Shown here: positions 43,434-53,293 of the stretch, in pieces
Numbering within the stretch: the first letter of the stretch is position 1
Layout of the letters: each line of letters opens with the position of its first letter
DNA from: a virus
Lineage: Duplodnaviria > Caudoviricetes
Length of the DNA: 64,000 bases
Virus record (IMG/VR): IMGVR_UViG_3300035208_008180
Reading direction: 5' to 3' (one strand)
Program-made: the position numbers and the translations under genes
Notes under the pieces: generated by a model
What the model was told of the DNA's origin: nothing
What the model saw: the letters and a program-made list of their open reading frames with translations, nothing else
Databases searched by the model: none

Positions 43434-44174
43434 TTAAAATATTTGAAGTTGCATTTTCTCAGAAACATAAGTACAATCGCCAAAATCCATTTCGATCCAC
43501 ACATTATAGATTCCGACTGCCAAATCCAATCCATTTTCTGATGTATCTAAGAGATAATATCCGAGGCATTTTTCCCTATATTGTATGTCTTCACCCTCTA
43601 CAACCATACGCAGGTCTTGCTCTTCTGGCATACACTCAACACATTCCTGCTCGATGTATATCCTAAGAGGAGCGGCTATTGCAAGGTTTGTATAATATTC
43701 CTCTAGTTCGGACATTTGTCTTACATTAGGTTTGACCTGAATTATTAAATATTGTTTGCCACCTTGTCGAATACGATTCGGTTGAAACCTAAAATTGAAA
43801 TCATATACAATCGGGGTAGTGCCAGTATACCACAAATCGGGGTATATTTGGAATTGTTTTTCTTCGACAATGGGCTCATCATCTTCTCGAAAAACTACAT
43901 ACCACAAATCTAGATATTCGCCAATAACATACAAATTTCCAGCCACAGTGGTTGACGCAACATATTGTCCTGTTTCTGTATTTGTGACATTGGTGATTGT
44001 TTCTACCAATCGTCTGCCATCGGGATTATCAGTCGTTTTTTCACTAGGGTCTAAAAACCATATTTCTACTTTTTGTACTTCATGTACATCCATTCTGTTA
44101 TTAGAATTATATGTAAAGAACCTTAAATCAAGAGTATCGCCTATAACTGGATTTTGATATCTTTCTTTAGCCAT
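43434..44174 (-). CDS. Putative virion structural protein
   Basis: Beta-rich; CTAAATA late-type motif upstream; in the morphogenesis block. Confidence 0.55.
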   Translation of the reverse strand: MAKERYQNPVIGDTLDLRFFTYNSNNRMDVHEVQKVEIWFLDPSEKTTDNPDGRRLVETITNVTNTETGQYVASTTVAGNLYVIGEYLDLWYVVFREDDEPIVEEKQFQIYPDLWYTGTTPIVYDFNFRFQPNRIRQGGKQYLIIQVKPNVRQMSELEEYYTNLAIAAPLRIYIEQECVECMPEEQDLRMVVEGEDIQYREKCLGYYLLDTSENGLDLAVGIYNVWIEMDFGDCTYVSEKMQLQIF

Positions 44175-44196
44175 TAGTTGTTTTCCTCTGATTTAT

Positions 44197-44367
44197 TTAG
44201 TGTCTTTTTGATTTTTGTTTTGCAGCTTCTATTGCTTCATTTTCTTTTTCTTTTTGTTGAATAAATCGTTCAATAAACCATTTTCTTTCAAAGATCGGAA
44301 ATGACATTGCCACTTCTGGTTTTTGACGTAAATGATACATGAAAAAGAACTTCTCCTCCATTAGCAT
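44197..44367 (-). CDS. Small gp51-like baseplate/tail assembly ORF (possibly a -1 frameshift extension of the upstream gene)
   Basis: MLMEEKFFFMYHLRQ...MSFPIFERKWFIERF; missed by the ORF track. Confidence 0.65.
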   Translation of the reverse strand: MLMEEKFFFMYHLRQKPEVAMSFPIFERKWFIERFIQQKEKENEAIEAAKQKSKRH

Positions 44368-44396
44368 TTCCCACAATTGCAGGGACGGTGGGGGTT

Positions 44397-45461
44397 TTAC
44401 TCCTCCTCGTTCTCCATCTTGTTCCCCTTCTTCCGTTTGCGTGGGAAGAAAAAATCTGCTTCAAGTGGCAAATCAATGGTGAATTCTTCCAAACACCCAG
44501 GACAGTAAATATCTACACTGGTATCCACACCAAATGGCGGCTCGGCAATAGTATTGCGGATATGAGCCACATCATTGATATGCATTTCCTTTAACAACTG
44601 CAAGATTTCTCTTTTCTCTGTGCAGCCGCCCAAATTCTCTACCAACAAAGAGCTACGATAAAGCAATGTATCGTCTGTGCCCGTGGTATTTTTTCCTTTG
44701 CGTTCCCTGTAGTCCTGCACTCTTTGTTCATCTTCTCCTCTAGACAAACGATATGTGAAAGGAATGCTTGTTTGCGGCGTTTGATCCTTGAGTGAATTTG
44801 CATCAAAATCGGCTGGACAGGCATCTACGTACAAACCATTTAGATCGATAACATGTCCAAAACGTCGATCACAACCGGGGCATTTTACTTCTACGTCATA
44901 TTGCGGCGTATAAGAGATACCACGCAGGTAAATGAGCAAATAGGTGCGGTCTTCAGTCAAAAATTTCTCGGCATCATAATCCTCTTGTATACAGTGATTG
45001 AAGATCATGTTCATGGCTTTGCCCTTTTTGACAAATCGGCTTGTGGCCAGAATTTCTTCTTCTTGTCCTGTCATGGGTCTAATGTGTAGTTTTCCATTTC
45101 TTGGGCCATCTGTACCATCGTAGAATTTGCCTTTTGAAGGAAGTTCGATTTCTTCAAAGGTTGCTTTGGATTGCTTGATTCTGGCCCGCATTTGTTGAAA
45201 GGCGTCACCACCATCAAGAGGCTCTTCAGACATGGCTTCTGGCCTTCTTTGCGGACCCTTTAGTTGCTGGTCCAGAATTTTCTGGGCAAAGGGAGGGATT
45301 TTCCCCGTAATCGGCAATTGTGCTGGACTGGCTGGCGATGTTTCCAACTCTTCTTCAACTGCTCTACGCACCTGGGAAATTTCATTCAGTGCATTTTGAT
45401 CTGATTTGATCTCATCTGGACTTATTGGTTTACGTTGTGGTCTAAAAGCTTCTTCTGGCAT
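44397..45461 (-). CDS. gp26-like baseplate hub assembly protein
   Basis: IELPSKG...IRPMTGQEEEIL...DRTYLLIYLRGISY...CPGC twice; C-terminal DFFFP. Confidence 0.75.
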   Translation of the reverse strand: MPEEAFRPQRKPISPDEIKSDQNALNEISQVRRAVEEELETSPASPAQLPITGKIPPFAQKILDQQLKGPQRRPEAMSEEPLDGGDAFQQMRARIKQSKATFEEIELPSKGKFYDGTDGPRNGKLHIRPMTGQEEEILATSRFVKKGKAMNMIFNHCIQEDYDAEKFLTEDRTYLLIYLRGISYTPQYDVEVKCPGCDRRFGHVIDLNGLYVDACPADFDANSLKDQTPQTSIPFTYRLSRGEDEQRVQDYRERKGKNTTGTDDTLLYRSSLLVENLGGCTEKREILQLLKEMHINDVAHIRNTIAEPPFGVDTSVDIYCPGCLEEFTIDLPLEADFFFPRKRKKGNKMENEEE

Positions 45462-45507
45462 ATTTGCTCCTGTTTAATTATTGCTTTCTAACTATGATAG
45501 TAAATAA

Positions 45508-45864
45508 ATGCTGATAATAAATTTTAACAATGTTGAAAATTTAGTTTTTTACAACGAAAAGGTTCAGGCGTTACTTCCTGAATTCATACATTTATTTAAT
45601 TCTTGGAAATTTGCTGTAAAAAATCCATCTTTTCGAAGCCTTGGCAAACGATCTATAGCCGATTTTCTCAATCACTTAACAGAGGATAATATCGAGGTTT
45701 TGACTAAATACTTTGGGGACAAAATACAAATCGATAGGATTGATTATCATATAGTTAAAAATTCAGAGTACAGCGTTGATACTACCGAGGTTTTGCAAGA
45801 TGCTTTCTCTAATATAGTATTGTTCAGAAAAAATAATCATTTATATGTATCTTCTTGGAGATAA
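45508..45864 (+). CDS. Hypothetical protein
   Basis: ORF only. Confidence 0.6.
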   Translation: MLIINFNNVENLVFYNEKVQALLPEFIHLFNSWKFAVKNPSFRSLGKRSIADFLNHLTEDNIEVLTKYFGDKIQIDRIDYHIVKNSEYSVDTTEVLQDAFSNIVLFRKNNHLYVSSWR

Positions 45865-45866
45865 TT

Positions 45867-46247
45867 ATGGCAAATTTAATTTTATTTCTCTTAGCTTCTG
45901 TTGGGCTTTCTCACATCTTGGTGGAAAGCACCATATGTGATCCTTTGAGAACATGGTTTAAAGATAGGTCTCCCAAAGAAGGCGACCCTTGTCCAAAGCC
46001 ACTATCCTTTAAGTGGTTGTGTGGCAAAACTTCATATATACTGGGTTGTTACCAATGTAGTGGCGTATGGTCTGGCTGGATTATGGCTGGTTTTATTTTG
46101 ACCAGTTGGAATGTTGATGTCTCCATAATATACAACTTGTTTACAAATCTGGCAGTAATAATACCAGCGGGCTTTGCCGCCAGTATTATTTCTAATCTAG
46201 TGGCTATCTTACTGACTTATTTAGAAGCAAACTCCTTGGTTAAATAA
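45867..46247 (+). CDS. DUF1360-like membrane protein
   Basis: I..PLR...LGCYQCSGVW plus TM helices. Confidence 0.6.
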   Translation: MANLILFLLASVGLSHILVESTICDPLRTWFKDRSPKEGDPCPKPLSFKWLCGKTSYILGCYQCSGVWSGWIMAGFILTSWNVDVSIIYNLFTNLAVIIPAGFAASIISNLVAILLTYLEANSLVK

Positions 46248-46636
46248 TGGGCGAAATATATCAATTATTTTGTAATAACTGTTGCTGGAAAAGAATTAGT
46301 GAAAATCTAGAAGCCAAGGATTTAACCGAGGTAAAAACCACTGACGTTCCCAAGGGCATTCCTCATATAGACCCAGTAAACGGAGATATGATAATCCCCA
46401 AACCGCTTAAACGCAACAAGAAGTATAAATGTCCAAATTGTGGGTTTGTTATAATTCCTCGCAAAATAGAAAACCCACAAGAAAATGTAGAACAAAACAT
46501 GGATATGCAAAGACGCATACAGAAACGATTGGAAAATGACGAGAAAGAAAAGGTGAAACAACTTGAGAGAGAACAGCTTAAAAAACAACGTGGGGCTGAT
46601 GGAAGTGAAACAAGCCCTGGCAGACGGACGCTTTAG
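46247..46636 (+). CDS. Hypothetical Zn-ribbon protein
   Basis: CNNC...CPNC. Confidence 0.6.
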   Translation: MGEIYQLFCNNCCWKRISENLEAKDLTEVKTTDVPKGIPHIDPVNGDMIIPKPLKRNKKYKCPNCGFVIIPRKIENPQENVEQNMDMQRRIQKRLENDEKEKVKQLEREQLKKQRGADGSETSPGRRTL

Positions 46637-46958
46637 AGATGCGTTGCCCTTAGAAATCAGGGATGATGTCGCCAAATATCTACATTGCCCCAGTTGTGCC
46701 TCTAATGTAAATTTTTTCAGGAACGTTCTAAAAACTTGCAAAAAGCAACTCAGCGATTATTATCCGGGCAGAGAGTTTTTTGATGAAGAAAAAGAAATAG
46801 AGACACTGGCCGCCAATCATTGGTCTGTGTTTTCTTGTCACATCAATGATTTGGAAGGTAAATTACGAGCTTTGCCCAAGGGCAGAAAACAAATTGCTAT
46901 GGCTCGCTGGGAAGATCAAATCACTGTAGTAGTCAACGAAATTGATTATATTTATTGA
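46563..46958 (+). CDS. Hypothetical protein
   Basis: ORF; start uncertain. Confidence 0.55.
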   Translation: MRENSLKNNVGLMEVKQALADGRFRDALPLEIRDDVAKYLHCPSCASNVNFFRNVLKTCKKQLSDYYPGREFFDEEKEIETLAANHWSVFSCHINDLEGKLRALPKGRKQIAMARWEDQITVVVNEIDYIY

Positions 46959-47530
46959 TGGTAAAAGAATTGTTTTTGCAAACGAACATATATCCATTCC
47001 TTGGGCATCGTGCTCAAGGATTCTACAAAATTGTAGAACATCTTGAAAACAATCCTCATGGGTATATTATAGAAACAGGAACAACAAGAGGGGTAGGCGG
47101 TTGGTATAGCGAGGGACAAAGCACGTTGATTTGGGATTGGGTCAAGACGCTATTGCCAGACATTAAAATCATATCAATAGACAAAGATCAGTCCTGTATC
47201 AATATCGCAAAATCGCAAACCAAGCATGTTGAATATGTCTGTGATGATTCTGTGAATGCACTGAACACAATGAGTGGTTCAATAACAAAGGATACAATAC
47301 TTTTGTATTTAGACAGCATGGATTGGAGTGAAAAAGCAGCCCTCGAATCCAGCTTGCATCATCTGTGCGAATTGGCATGTGTTTGGACAAGCTTACCAAA
47401 GGGATGTCTTATTGTTGTAGATGATCGACACTCAGAGACAATGGGCAAACATATTATGGTCGAACAGTTTATGAACAAACTTGGCATAATTCCTTTTTTC
47501 AAAGAATATCAAATAGCATGGATTAAATAG
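46955..47530 (+). CDS. SAM-dependent methyltransferase-like protein
   Basis: IIETGT, SIDK, DSV, LLYLDS, LIVVDD. Confidence 0.7.
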   Translation: MMVKELFLQTNIYPFLGHRAQGFYKIVEHLENNPHGYIIETGTTRGVGGWYSEGQSTLIWDWVKTLLPDIKIISIDKDQSCINIAKSQTKHVEYVCDDSVNALNTMSGSITKDTILLYLDSMDWSEKAALESSLHHLCELACVWTSLPKGCLIVVDDRHSETMGKHIMVEQFMNKLGIIPFFKEYQIAWIK

Positions 47531-48473
47531 ATTTGCTTTCATGACAATAATGTTTTGATTTTTTGATATTGGAACAACTGTTTATCATTTTCTGAGGATA
47601 TGATTTATACTTACTGATTTCTATTGGCCACTCATCAGACAAATCCCTACGGCCCCCCAAAATCAAAGCATTTTCATAGAATATCATGGCCTTTTGGAAA
47701 TTGTCTTGTTGGTAGTAAATATCTCCCAATAAGCACCAAAATTCGGACATGATGGGGCGAACGGCCAGACAAGGCAATATGTGTTTAAAAGCAGAGTGTA
47801 AATCTTTAAATTGATAGCAGTAAACCATAGCAAGATAATATTTGAGCATTACGGCTGATATGCCTTCTTTTTCCAGAAAAAGGTAATGATTTGATATAGC
47901 CACAAATTCTCGATACTTAGCTTGTTGCAGCAAAATACAAGCTTCGTAATAATACGGATTAGGTGACGTAGGTTGTTCTTTTTTCCAACTTCTTATAACA
48001 TCCAGTTGTCCTTGAAGGGGTGGTTGTTTTTTACTATAAATTATCACTTCTTTAAGTAGTTTTGCGTTTGGATCATATAAAGTTTCAAATATTGGATTTA
48101 CAAATCTAAATCCACTAGACATGCTCCACAATCTTATTTCCTTAGAAACAATATTTTCTTGAAATATTTGACATAACCAAGAATTGCTTTGTAGGTTTTC
48201 TAAATGTCTGTGCCCTTGTGCTAACACTTCCCAAGGCTGAATGTAAAAAGCCCAGGGAGTTTTGGTGTTTTCTATCAAAACATTGCGGGCAACCGAACAG
48301 TTGTTTGTAACTGGGATAATTTTTGCTTTAAACTTGCGACAGATTGCGAGAGAATTATCTGTTGAGCCCTGATCGCCTATTAGAATTGGGCAATCTAAAA
48401 CAACAAGTGATTGCAACGATTGCTCAATATCCTGTTCATTGTTTCTAACCAGAAGATGAACTGTCAGGTTCAT
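47523..48473 (-). CDS. GT2-like glycosyltransferase with TPR repeats
   Basis: LLVRNNEQ...DQGSTDNS...ARN; C-terminal TPR helices. Confidence 0.7.
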   Translation of the reverse strand: MNLTVHLLVRNNEQDIEQSLQSLVVLDCPILIGDQGSTDNSLAICRKFKAKIIPVTNNCSVARNVLIENTKTPWAFYIQPWEVLAQGHRHLENLQSNSWLCQIFQENIVSKEIRLWSMSSGFRFVNPIFETLYDPNAKLLKEVIIYSKKQPPLQGQLDVIRSWKKEQPTSPNPYYYEACILLQQAKYREFVAISNHYLFLEKEGISAVMLKYYLAMVYCYQFKDLHSAFKHILPCLAVRPIMSEFWCLLGDIYYQQDNFQKAMIFYENALILGGRRDLSDEWPIEISKYKSYPQKMINSCSNIKKSKHYCHESKSI

Positions 48474-48670
48474 GTTTTGCCCGCCTCTCCGCTAATAACA
48501 ACATAGCATCTGCTTCTTCTGTGCGATTTATAGATTTTAGGTATTTTGCAAAATCCTCATATGGTTTTTTAGCAGTTGGTTGCTCTATTATAGATAAAAT
48601 GAGATTAATTGGATTTGACATTTAATTTTATTAAGCAGACATATTTAATACTTTATATTAAAGGAGTTTC

Positions 48671-49201
48671 ATGGCCAGCGAATATATCAACAATCAACAA
48701 TTTGAACGAAATATAGCACAGTATCAGAATGCAAAGAAAAAGAAAGCAAGGTGTTTGTTGGTTATTGAAGATTTAAGAGATACCATTAAAAGGAAAGGCA
48801 TCAGGAAGGTCATATGTGCCTCCGAGCGAAAAGTATTAAAATCATATCAGTTGACCTATCAATCTGCTGAAAATGACTATAAAGATGCTGAAATAAAGCT
48901 GGCCTCTGATTTTTTTCTCTTGGCTGAAAATCTAACTCGTTACTTTAAGTTTCACTTAATAGAACCAGATGACGCAATCCAAGAAGGTGTAATGATTTGC
49001 TTTGAGAAAATAGATAGATTTAATCCTATTAAGGGCAAAGCTTTCAACTATATGACCACCTGCTGTGCCAACCATTTTCGACAGCTACACAGGACATCAA
49101 AGAATTACAATGAGCTAAAAAAGAAGTTTTTTACCTTCAAACAGACCTGCGAACAACGAACAATCATAAAAAACGGAAAAGAAATACCATTTTTTACATA
49201 A
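48671..49201 (+). CDS. Late-transcription sigma factor (T4 gp55-like)
   Basis: YINN...LLAENL...DDAIQEGV..C...DRFNP...AFNYMT. Confidence 0.75.
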   Translation: MASEYINNQQFERNIAQYQNAKKKKARCLLVIEDLRDTIKRKGIRKVICASERKVLKSYQLTYQSAENDYKDAEIKLASDFFLLAENLTRYFKFHLIEPDDAIQEGVMICFEKIDRFNPIKGKAFNYMTTCCANHFRQLHRTSKNYNELKKKFFTFKQTCEQRTIIKNGKEIPFFT

Positions 49202-49241
49202 TTTAGTAGAAAAGGTGTTGCAAAAGTAATATAATAATGTT

Positions 49242-49469
49242 ATGAAGTATAATCCATTAGAACAATTAGAAACAGCCGAGTTAATAGAAAAGTTAAAAAG
49301 TTGGGGTTATGGGGACTTAATAAAAGTTCTCTTAGAAGATGCAGAGGTCTATACTAAAAAGGGCAGATTGAACAAATCAGGTGCTTGCCGAGTTTTGGAC
49401 TGGAAAAGCAAACAACTTGAAGATGCCCTTGCAGCCTGTAAACAAATACTGCACAACGAATTTGATTAG
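49242..49469 (+). CDS. Hypothetical protein
   Basis: ORF only. Confidence 0.55.
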   Translation: MKYNPLEQLETAELIEKLKSWGYGDLIKVLLEDAEVYTKKGRLNKSGACRVLDWKSKQLEDALAACKQILHNEFD

Positions 49470-49972
49470 TTATTGATATAGGCCCTGTCATATCGAAGCG
49501 ACAGATCGCAGGTACAATATTCTGATGTACCCATATCTAAATCTCCGAATTCTATAGATTCTGGCCATACATTCTCTAGTATCCATTCTTCTACAACGCT
49601 TCCGCACCCATCTAACATTTCTAAAGTAACTCTGGGAATTACAAATGCAGTTGATGGGTCTTTCCAAGTTGCATCATTTTGTGGATCATATTGTTTTTTA
49701 AGCCATTCGAAAACTGGATGTTTGTTTTTTTTGAGATCAAATAATGTTAGAGTAATCGGCTTCCAGTCTGGTTTGGTGGGTCGATAAATTATCTCATTCA
49801 GATGTTGTATTTCCATTGTCTTAAAACTAAGACCAGGACGTGATGCCTTAGATGGCGGCAAACAATTAGTGCCGGAAGCAGATATGTTTTCAATTTTCAG
49901 AAGCCATCTGAATTTTTGTTTATAACAAGTTGTTGGCTTTTCAAGACCAAACTGAAGACCCATTAAACCCAT
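49466..49972 (-). CDS. gp19-like tail tube paralog
   Basis: SRPGLSF...WKPITLT...W.LENVWP.SIEFGDLD...LRYD. Confidence 0.8.
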   Translation of the reverse strand: MGLMGLQFGLEKPTTCYKQKFRWLLKIENISASGTNCLPPSKASRPGLSFKTMEIQHLNEIIYRPTKPDWKPITLTLFDLKKNKHPVFEWLKKQYDPQNDATWKDPSTAFVIPRVTLEMLDGCGSVVEEWILENVWPESIEFGDLDMGTSEYCTCDLSLRYDRAYINN

Positions 49973-49986
49973 ATTTATTGTTCTCC

Positions 49987-50028
49987 AAAAAACAATGGTA
50001 CGTGAACATATTTTTCACGTACCATTGT
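49987..50028 (-). terminator. Intrinsic terminator after the tail tube gene
   Basis: ACAATGGTACGTGAA/TTCACGTACCATTGT stem plus T run. Confidence 0.65.
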
Positions 50029-50052
50029 ATAATAGTCAATAACCATGCGATT

Positions 50053-50610
50053 TTATTCTTGGCAATCCAAGCAACCGCAGCTACCCTGTTGAACTGGGCA
50101 ACGGCTTTCGTATTTGACGTTTGTATATCGAAGCGTAAGTTTCACTTCGCAAATGTCATTACTATCCATTGCCAAATCCCCGAAATCGATAGCTTTGGGC
50201 CAAACGGCATCCAGTGTCCATGTTTCCATGTCGTTTCCGCAACCATCATACAAGACTAGTGTAGCAACACCCTTGTATTTTTGGAGCTTGGAGTTTTGTT
50301 GCAACTCAACTGGTTTCGTAAAGTCGTAAGTTGCAGTAAGCCATCGGAACAAAGTTCCAATTTCCGTACTGTTGCAATCATAATACGTTACTTCTAATGG
50401 TTGCCAAGTGCCCTTGCCAGGAATCCATGTTTTAGCATTGAGGAAGTTCACTTCTGTTTCTTCAATGTCTAAATTAGGTCTAGCTGCTGTCTTAACAAAG
50501 TGATAGTCGATATCGCCGCACTCTGTTTTTAGCTTAAAAGTCCATCGAAACTTCCTTTTAAACACTCTAGTATCAAGGCCAATTGGACCTAAACCCATTG
50601 GTATACCCAT
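50053..50610 (-). CDS. Tail tube protein (T4 gp19-like)
   Basis: Directly after the sheath gene; RP...WQPLEVTYYD...W.LDAVWP..IDFGDL. Confidence 0.85.
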   Translation of the reverse strand: MGIPMGLGPIGLDTRVFKRKFRWTFKLKTECGDIDYHFVKTAARPNLDIEETEVNFLNAKTWIPGKGTWQPLEVTYYDCNSTEIGTLFRWLTATYDFTKPVELQQNSKLQKYKGVATLVLYDGCGNDMETWTLDAVWPKAIDFGDLAMDSNDICEVKLTLRYTNVKYESRCPVQQGSCGCLDCQE

Positions 50611-50690
50611 AGTATCTTCTCCTTTTATTTATTAAACAAGAGCCTGTGGCGGTCTTTTAGACCGCCACCGGCTTATTTTGTGTGGCCCTA

Positions 50691-53051
50691 TTATGTATAG
50701 GGTTGTTCGGTATTTTCGGTCCAGCTACCAGTACGATGGATGCTGAATTCAATAAACATAAATTCGACTGCCTTAACCGGCTGTACACCGATCTTCGCAC
50801 GGAATTCATTGCGGTCAACTACATCTGGGGTGTTGATGTCCCAGCCGCATTCTATGATATAATCATATAGACCTCTGCCAATTTTAATTTGTTCCAAGAT
50901 ACCCGAAGCTAAGGTGATGAATTTCTTGTGGAATTCATCATCATGGGGATCGAACAACATAAGTTTGGACTGTGATCTGATTTGTTTTTCAATAACAAAC
51001 ATCAGGCGGCGAACATTAACCCGATCCAATGCTGTTGGGGAACGTTGCATCGTTTTTTGTCCCCATACCACAAAGTTCTGCAAGTCGTTGAATTGAACGA
51101 CAGGATTGATGCAGTTTCTGTTTCCATACATTGCATCTCTTTCCGCCAATGTCGGACGACTGAATACGTCAGTGATATTGGGAACGATACCACGAGTCGC
51201 ACCAGCGGGAGCAAACCACGGCTCTGTCAAGAAATCGTTCCTGGCATAAACTGCCATGATGCTTCCAGATGGCGGTATCCATACGTCTACGTGATTGTAA
51301 GTATCACGCAGTTTCAACCACGGCCAGTAAAGTGCCAAGAAGTCTGAATTGAAACGAGTGCCGTTCAATGGATGTGTACCATTTTGCCAAGCAATGATTT
51401 CATTGACAGTGAGACCAAATGGCGGGTCTACAATTCCCATGCAGTCCATTCGATAGTTTTGGCACAAATCAATCATTGCTTCAACGATATCTGTGGAACT
51501 ACGACCAGGAACAGCGACCATATCAATGTCAATTTGTTCTGGTTCGGATACGGCGAACATTCCCGTGTATCCCAAAGCACTACCAATCAACAGTGTGTCT
51601 TGATCTACTGGATCGGCAGGAATACCATCCGAGCCACCAGACAAGGTATACACACCATCTAAAGGCGATGCATGATTTGTTGCGTCATCTGTAACCCTAA
51701 CGAAATCTGAAACCAGTGACAAATAGCTTTCTACATAAAAACGACTGGTTTGATCTTTGGTAAGATTACCCCATGCCTCTACTTCGACGCCATTGTTGTA
51801 AACCATCATGGAGAACACGCCTTCTCGAATATCGTTTACAATTTCAACTGTGGTTTCGTTGCCTTCGATACCCGGCGAATCGGCTTGTAATGTGAAAGTA
51901 TAAGTTCCAGGTGTTGCTGTTCCACCAACAACCTTGCCATAGGTATAAACAGCGGCATCACCACTCACACCCTCTGGTTCGCAATTGCCAACTGCATAGC
52001 AACCACGATGGGTGCTGTTGTCTAGTCCAAACATGGATGCAGTGCTGTCGGATTTGACCAACAAGCGGGCATCAATGCCTTTGTGCAAAGTAGTTAAAGT
52101 TAAATTGCTTCCGCTTGCAGACGCTTCAAATCCGCCAGGAATTGTACCGGCTGTAATTTGATCGTTGATTTCAGTTACAACGTCAGCAGTAGTAATAGGC
52201 TGTGACAATAGTTCTAAGGCCGATAAATCTATTGTTTGCACCACATTATCAATTAGCACACTATCTGTGCCATCGATGACAACTTGCAAATTAAGATTAG
52301 TTACGCCAGTAAGATTCCATGTGCCAGCAGCAGTGTATCCATCATCTGGATATTTGGCCAACAAACCTGTTAGCGTTGCTTCGACCATATCTGTGCCGAT
52401 ACCCATCACAGTATACGCATCATTCAGAACAGATAACAATTCTAAACTAGAGTCTGGACCATAAGCCCAAATAGTTCTTAGTCCAATTTTGTCGCCAGTG
52501 CCGACAAAGAATTCAATGCCATCATATGTGGCATCTAATTGTTCGTTGAGCAATGCAACCAATTCAGTGCATGTATAAGTGCCGTGCAACACAAACAATG
52601 TTTTGGATGCATCAACACCATTGAGCGACCATTTGAAAAAATAGTCATTCGGACCAGCAAAAACATAGTCACCAGCGGTGTTAGATTGTATAACAATCTG
52701 AGTACCTGCTGCATCAACTCCTATTTCGGCGGTTGCTGCATATTCATCACTCACTTGGTCTTGATCTCCTACACGCACAATATAAAGCTCGTTAGCAACG
52801 GTTAAATATTGTTCGGCAGCATAGATCAAGTAAGGATCGCCCACATCAGGATGTGGGTAACCAAAAGTTCTATGAAGCGTATTGTAGTCTGTTACCAATG
52901 TGGGTTGGTTGATTGGACCTTTGCTAGCAAATCCTATCAAAGCAGCCCTATGAAACGTCTGCTCGGTAGCGATAAAACTAAGGTCTTGCTCTGTAATTCG
53001 CACGCTTGGCGAAATTGTATTGCTTGGCGGAAATCCCCTTAAAATCGGCAT
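50691..53051 (-). CDS. Tail sheath protein (T4 gp18-like)
   Basis: SPSVRITEQD, GFASKGP, YWPW, PPSG, WFAPAG, WGQKT, RVNVRRL. Confidence 0.95.
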   Translation of the reverse strand: MPILRGFPPSNTISPSVRITEQDLSFIATEQTFHRAALIGFASKGPINQPTLVTDYNTLHRTFGYPHPDVGDPYLIYAAEQYLTVANELYIVRVGDQDQVSDEYAATAEIGVDAAGTQIVIQSNTAGDYVFAGPNDYFFKWSLNGVDASKTLFVLHGTYTCTELVALLNEQLDATYDGIEFFVGTGDKIGLRTIWAYGPDSSLELLSVLNDAYTVMGIGTDMVEATLTGLLAKYPDDGYTAAGTWNLTGVTNLNLQVVIDGTDSVLIDNVVQTIDLSALELLSQPITTADVVTEINDQITAGTIPGGFEASASGSNLTLTTLHKGIDARLLVKSDSTASMFGLDNSTHRGCYAVGNCEPEGVSGDAAVYTYGKVVGGTATPGTYTFTLQADSPGIEGNETTVEIVNDIREGVFSMMVYNNGVEVEAWGNLTKDQTSRFYVESYLSLVSDFVRVTDDATNHASPLDGVYTLSGGSDGIPADPVDQDTLLIGSALGYTGMFAVSEPEQIDIDMVAVPGRSSTDIVEAMIDLCQNYRMDCMGIVDPPFGLTVNEIIAWQNGTHPLNGTRFNSDFLALYWPWLKLRDTYNHVDVWIPPSGSIMAVYARNDFLTEPWFAPAGATRGIVPNITDVFSRPTLAERDAMYGNRNCINPVVQFNDLQNFVVWGQKTMQRSPTALDRVNVRRLMFVIEKQIRSQSKLMLFDPHDDEFHKKFITLASGILEQIKIGRGLYDYIIECGWDINTPDVVDRNEFRAKIGVQPVKAVEFMFIEFSIHRTGSWTENTEQPYT

Positions 53052-53053
53052 AG

Positions 53054-53281
53054 TTATTCTCCCTTATTAAGTTCTTTATTTGGTATATACTTCGTGGTTA
53101 TAAGTTTAAGTTGTTTTTCAGCCCTTTGAACATATTCGGTAGTAAGTTCATCGGCTAAATAATAAACGTTGTGACCACTACCCAATCCAGGTATGTTTAA
53201 ACAAGTCATTGAGTGTGGCTGTTTCCTATTCTTGATAACCAGTTGTATGGGGCTTCTTTGTTTGTTGGTAATTTCAATCAT
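53054..53281 (-). CDS. Hypothetical protein
   Basis: Operon packing. Confidence 0.6.
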   Translation of the reverse strand: MIEITNKQRSPIQLVIKNRKQPHSMTCLNIPGLGSGHNVYYLADELTTEYVQRAEKQLKLITTKYIPNKELNKGE

Positions 53282-53293
53282 TGTCTTTTTCCA

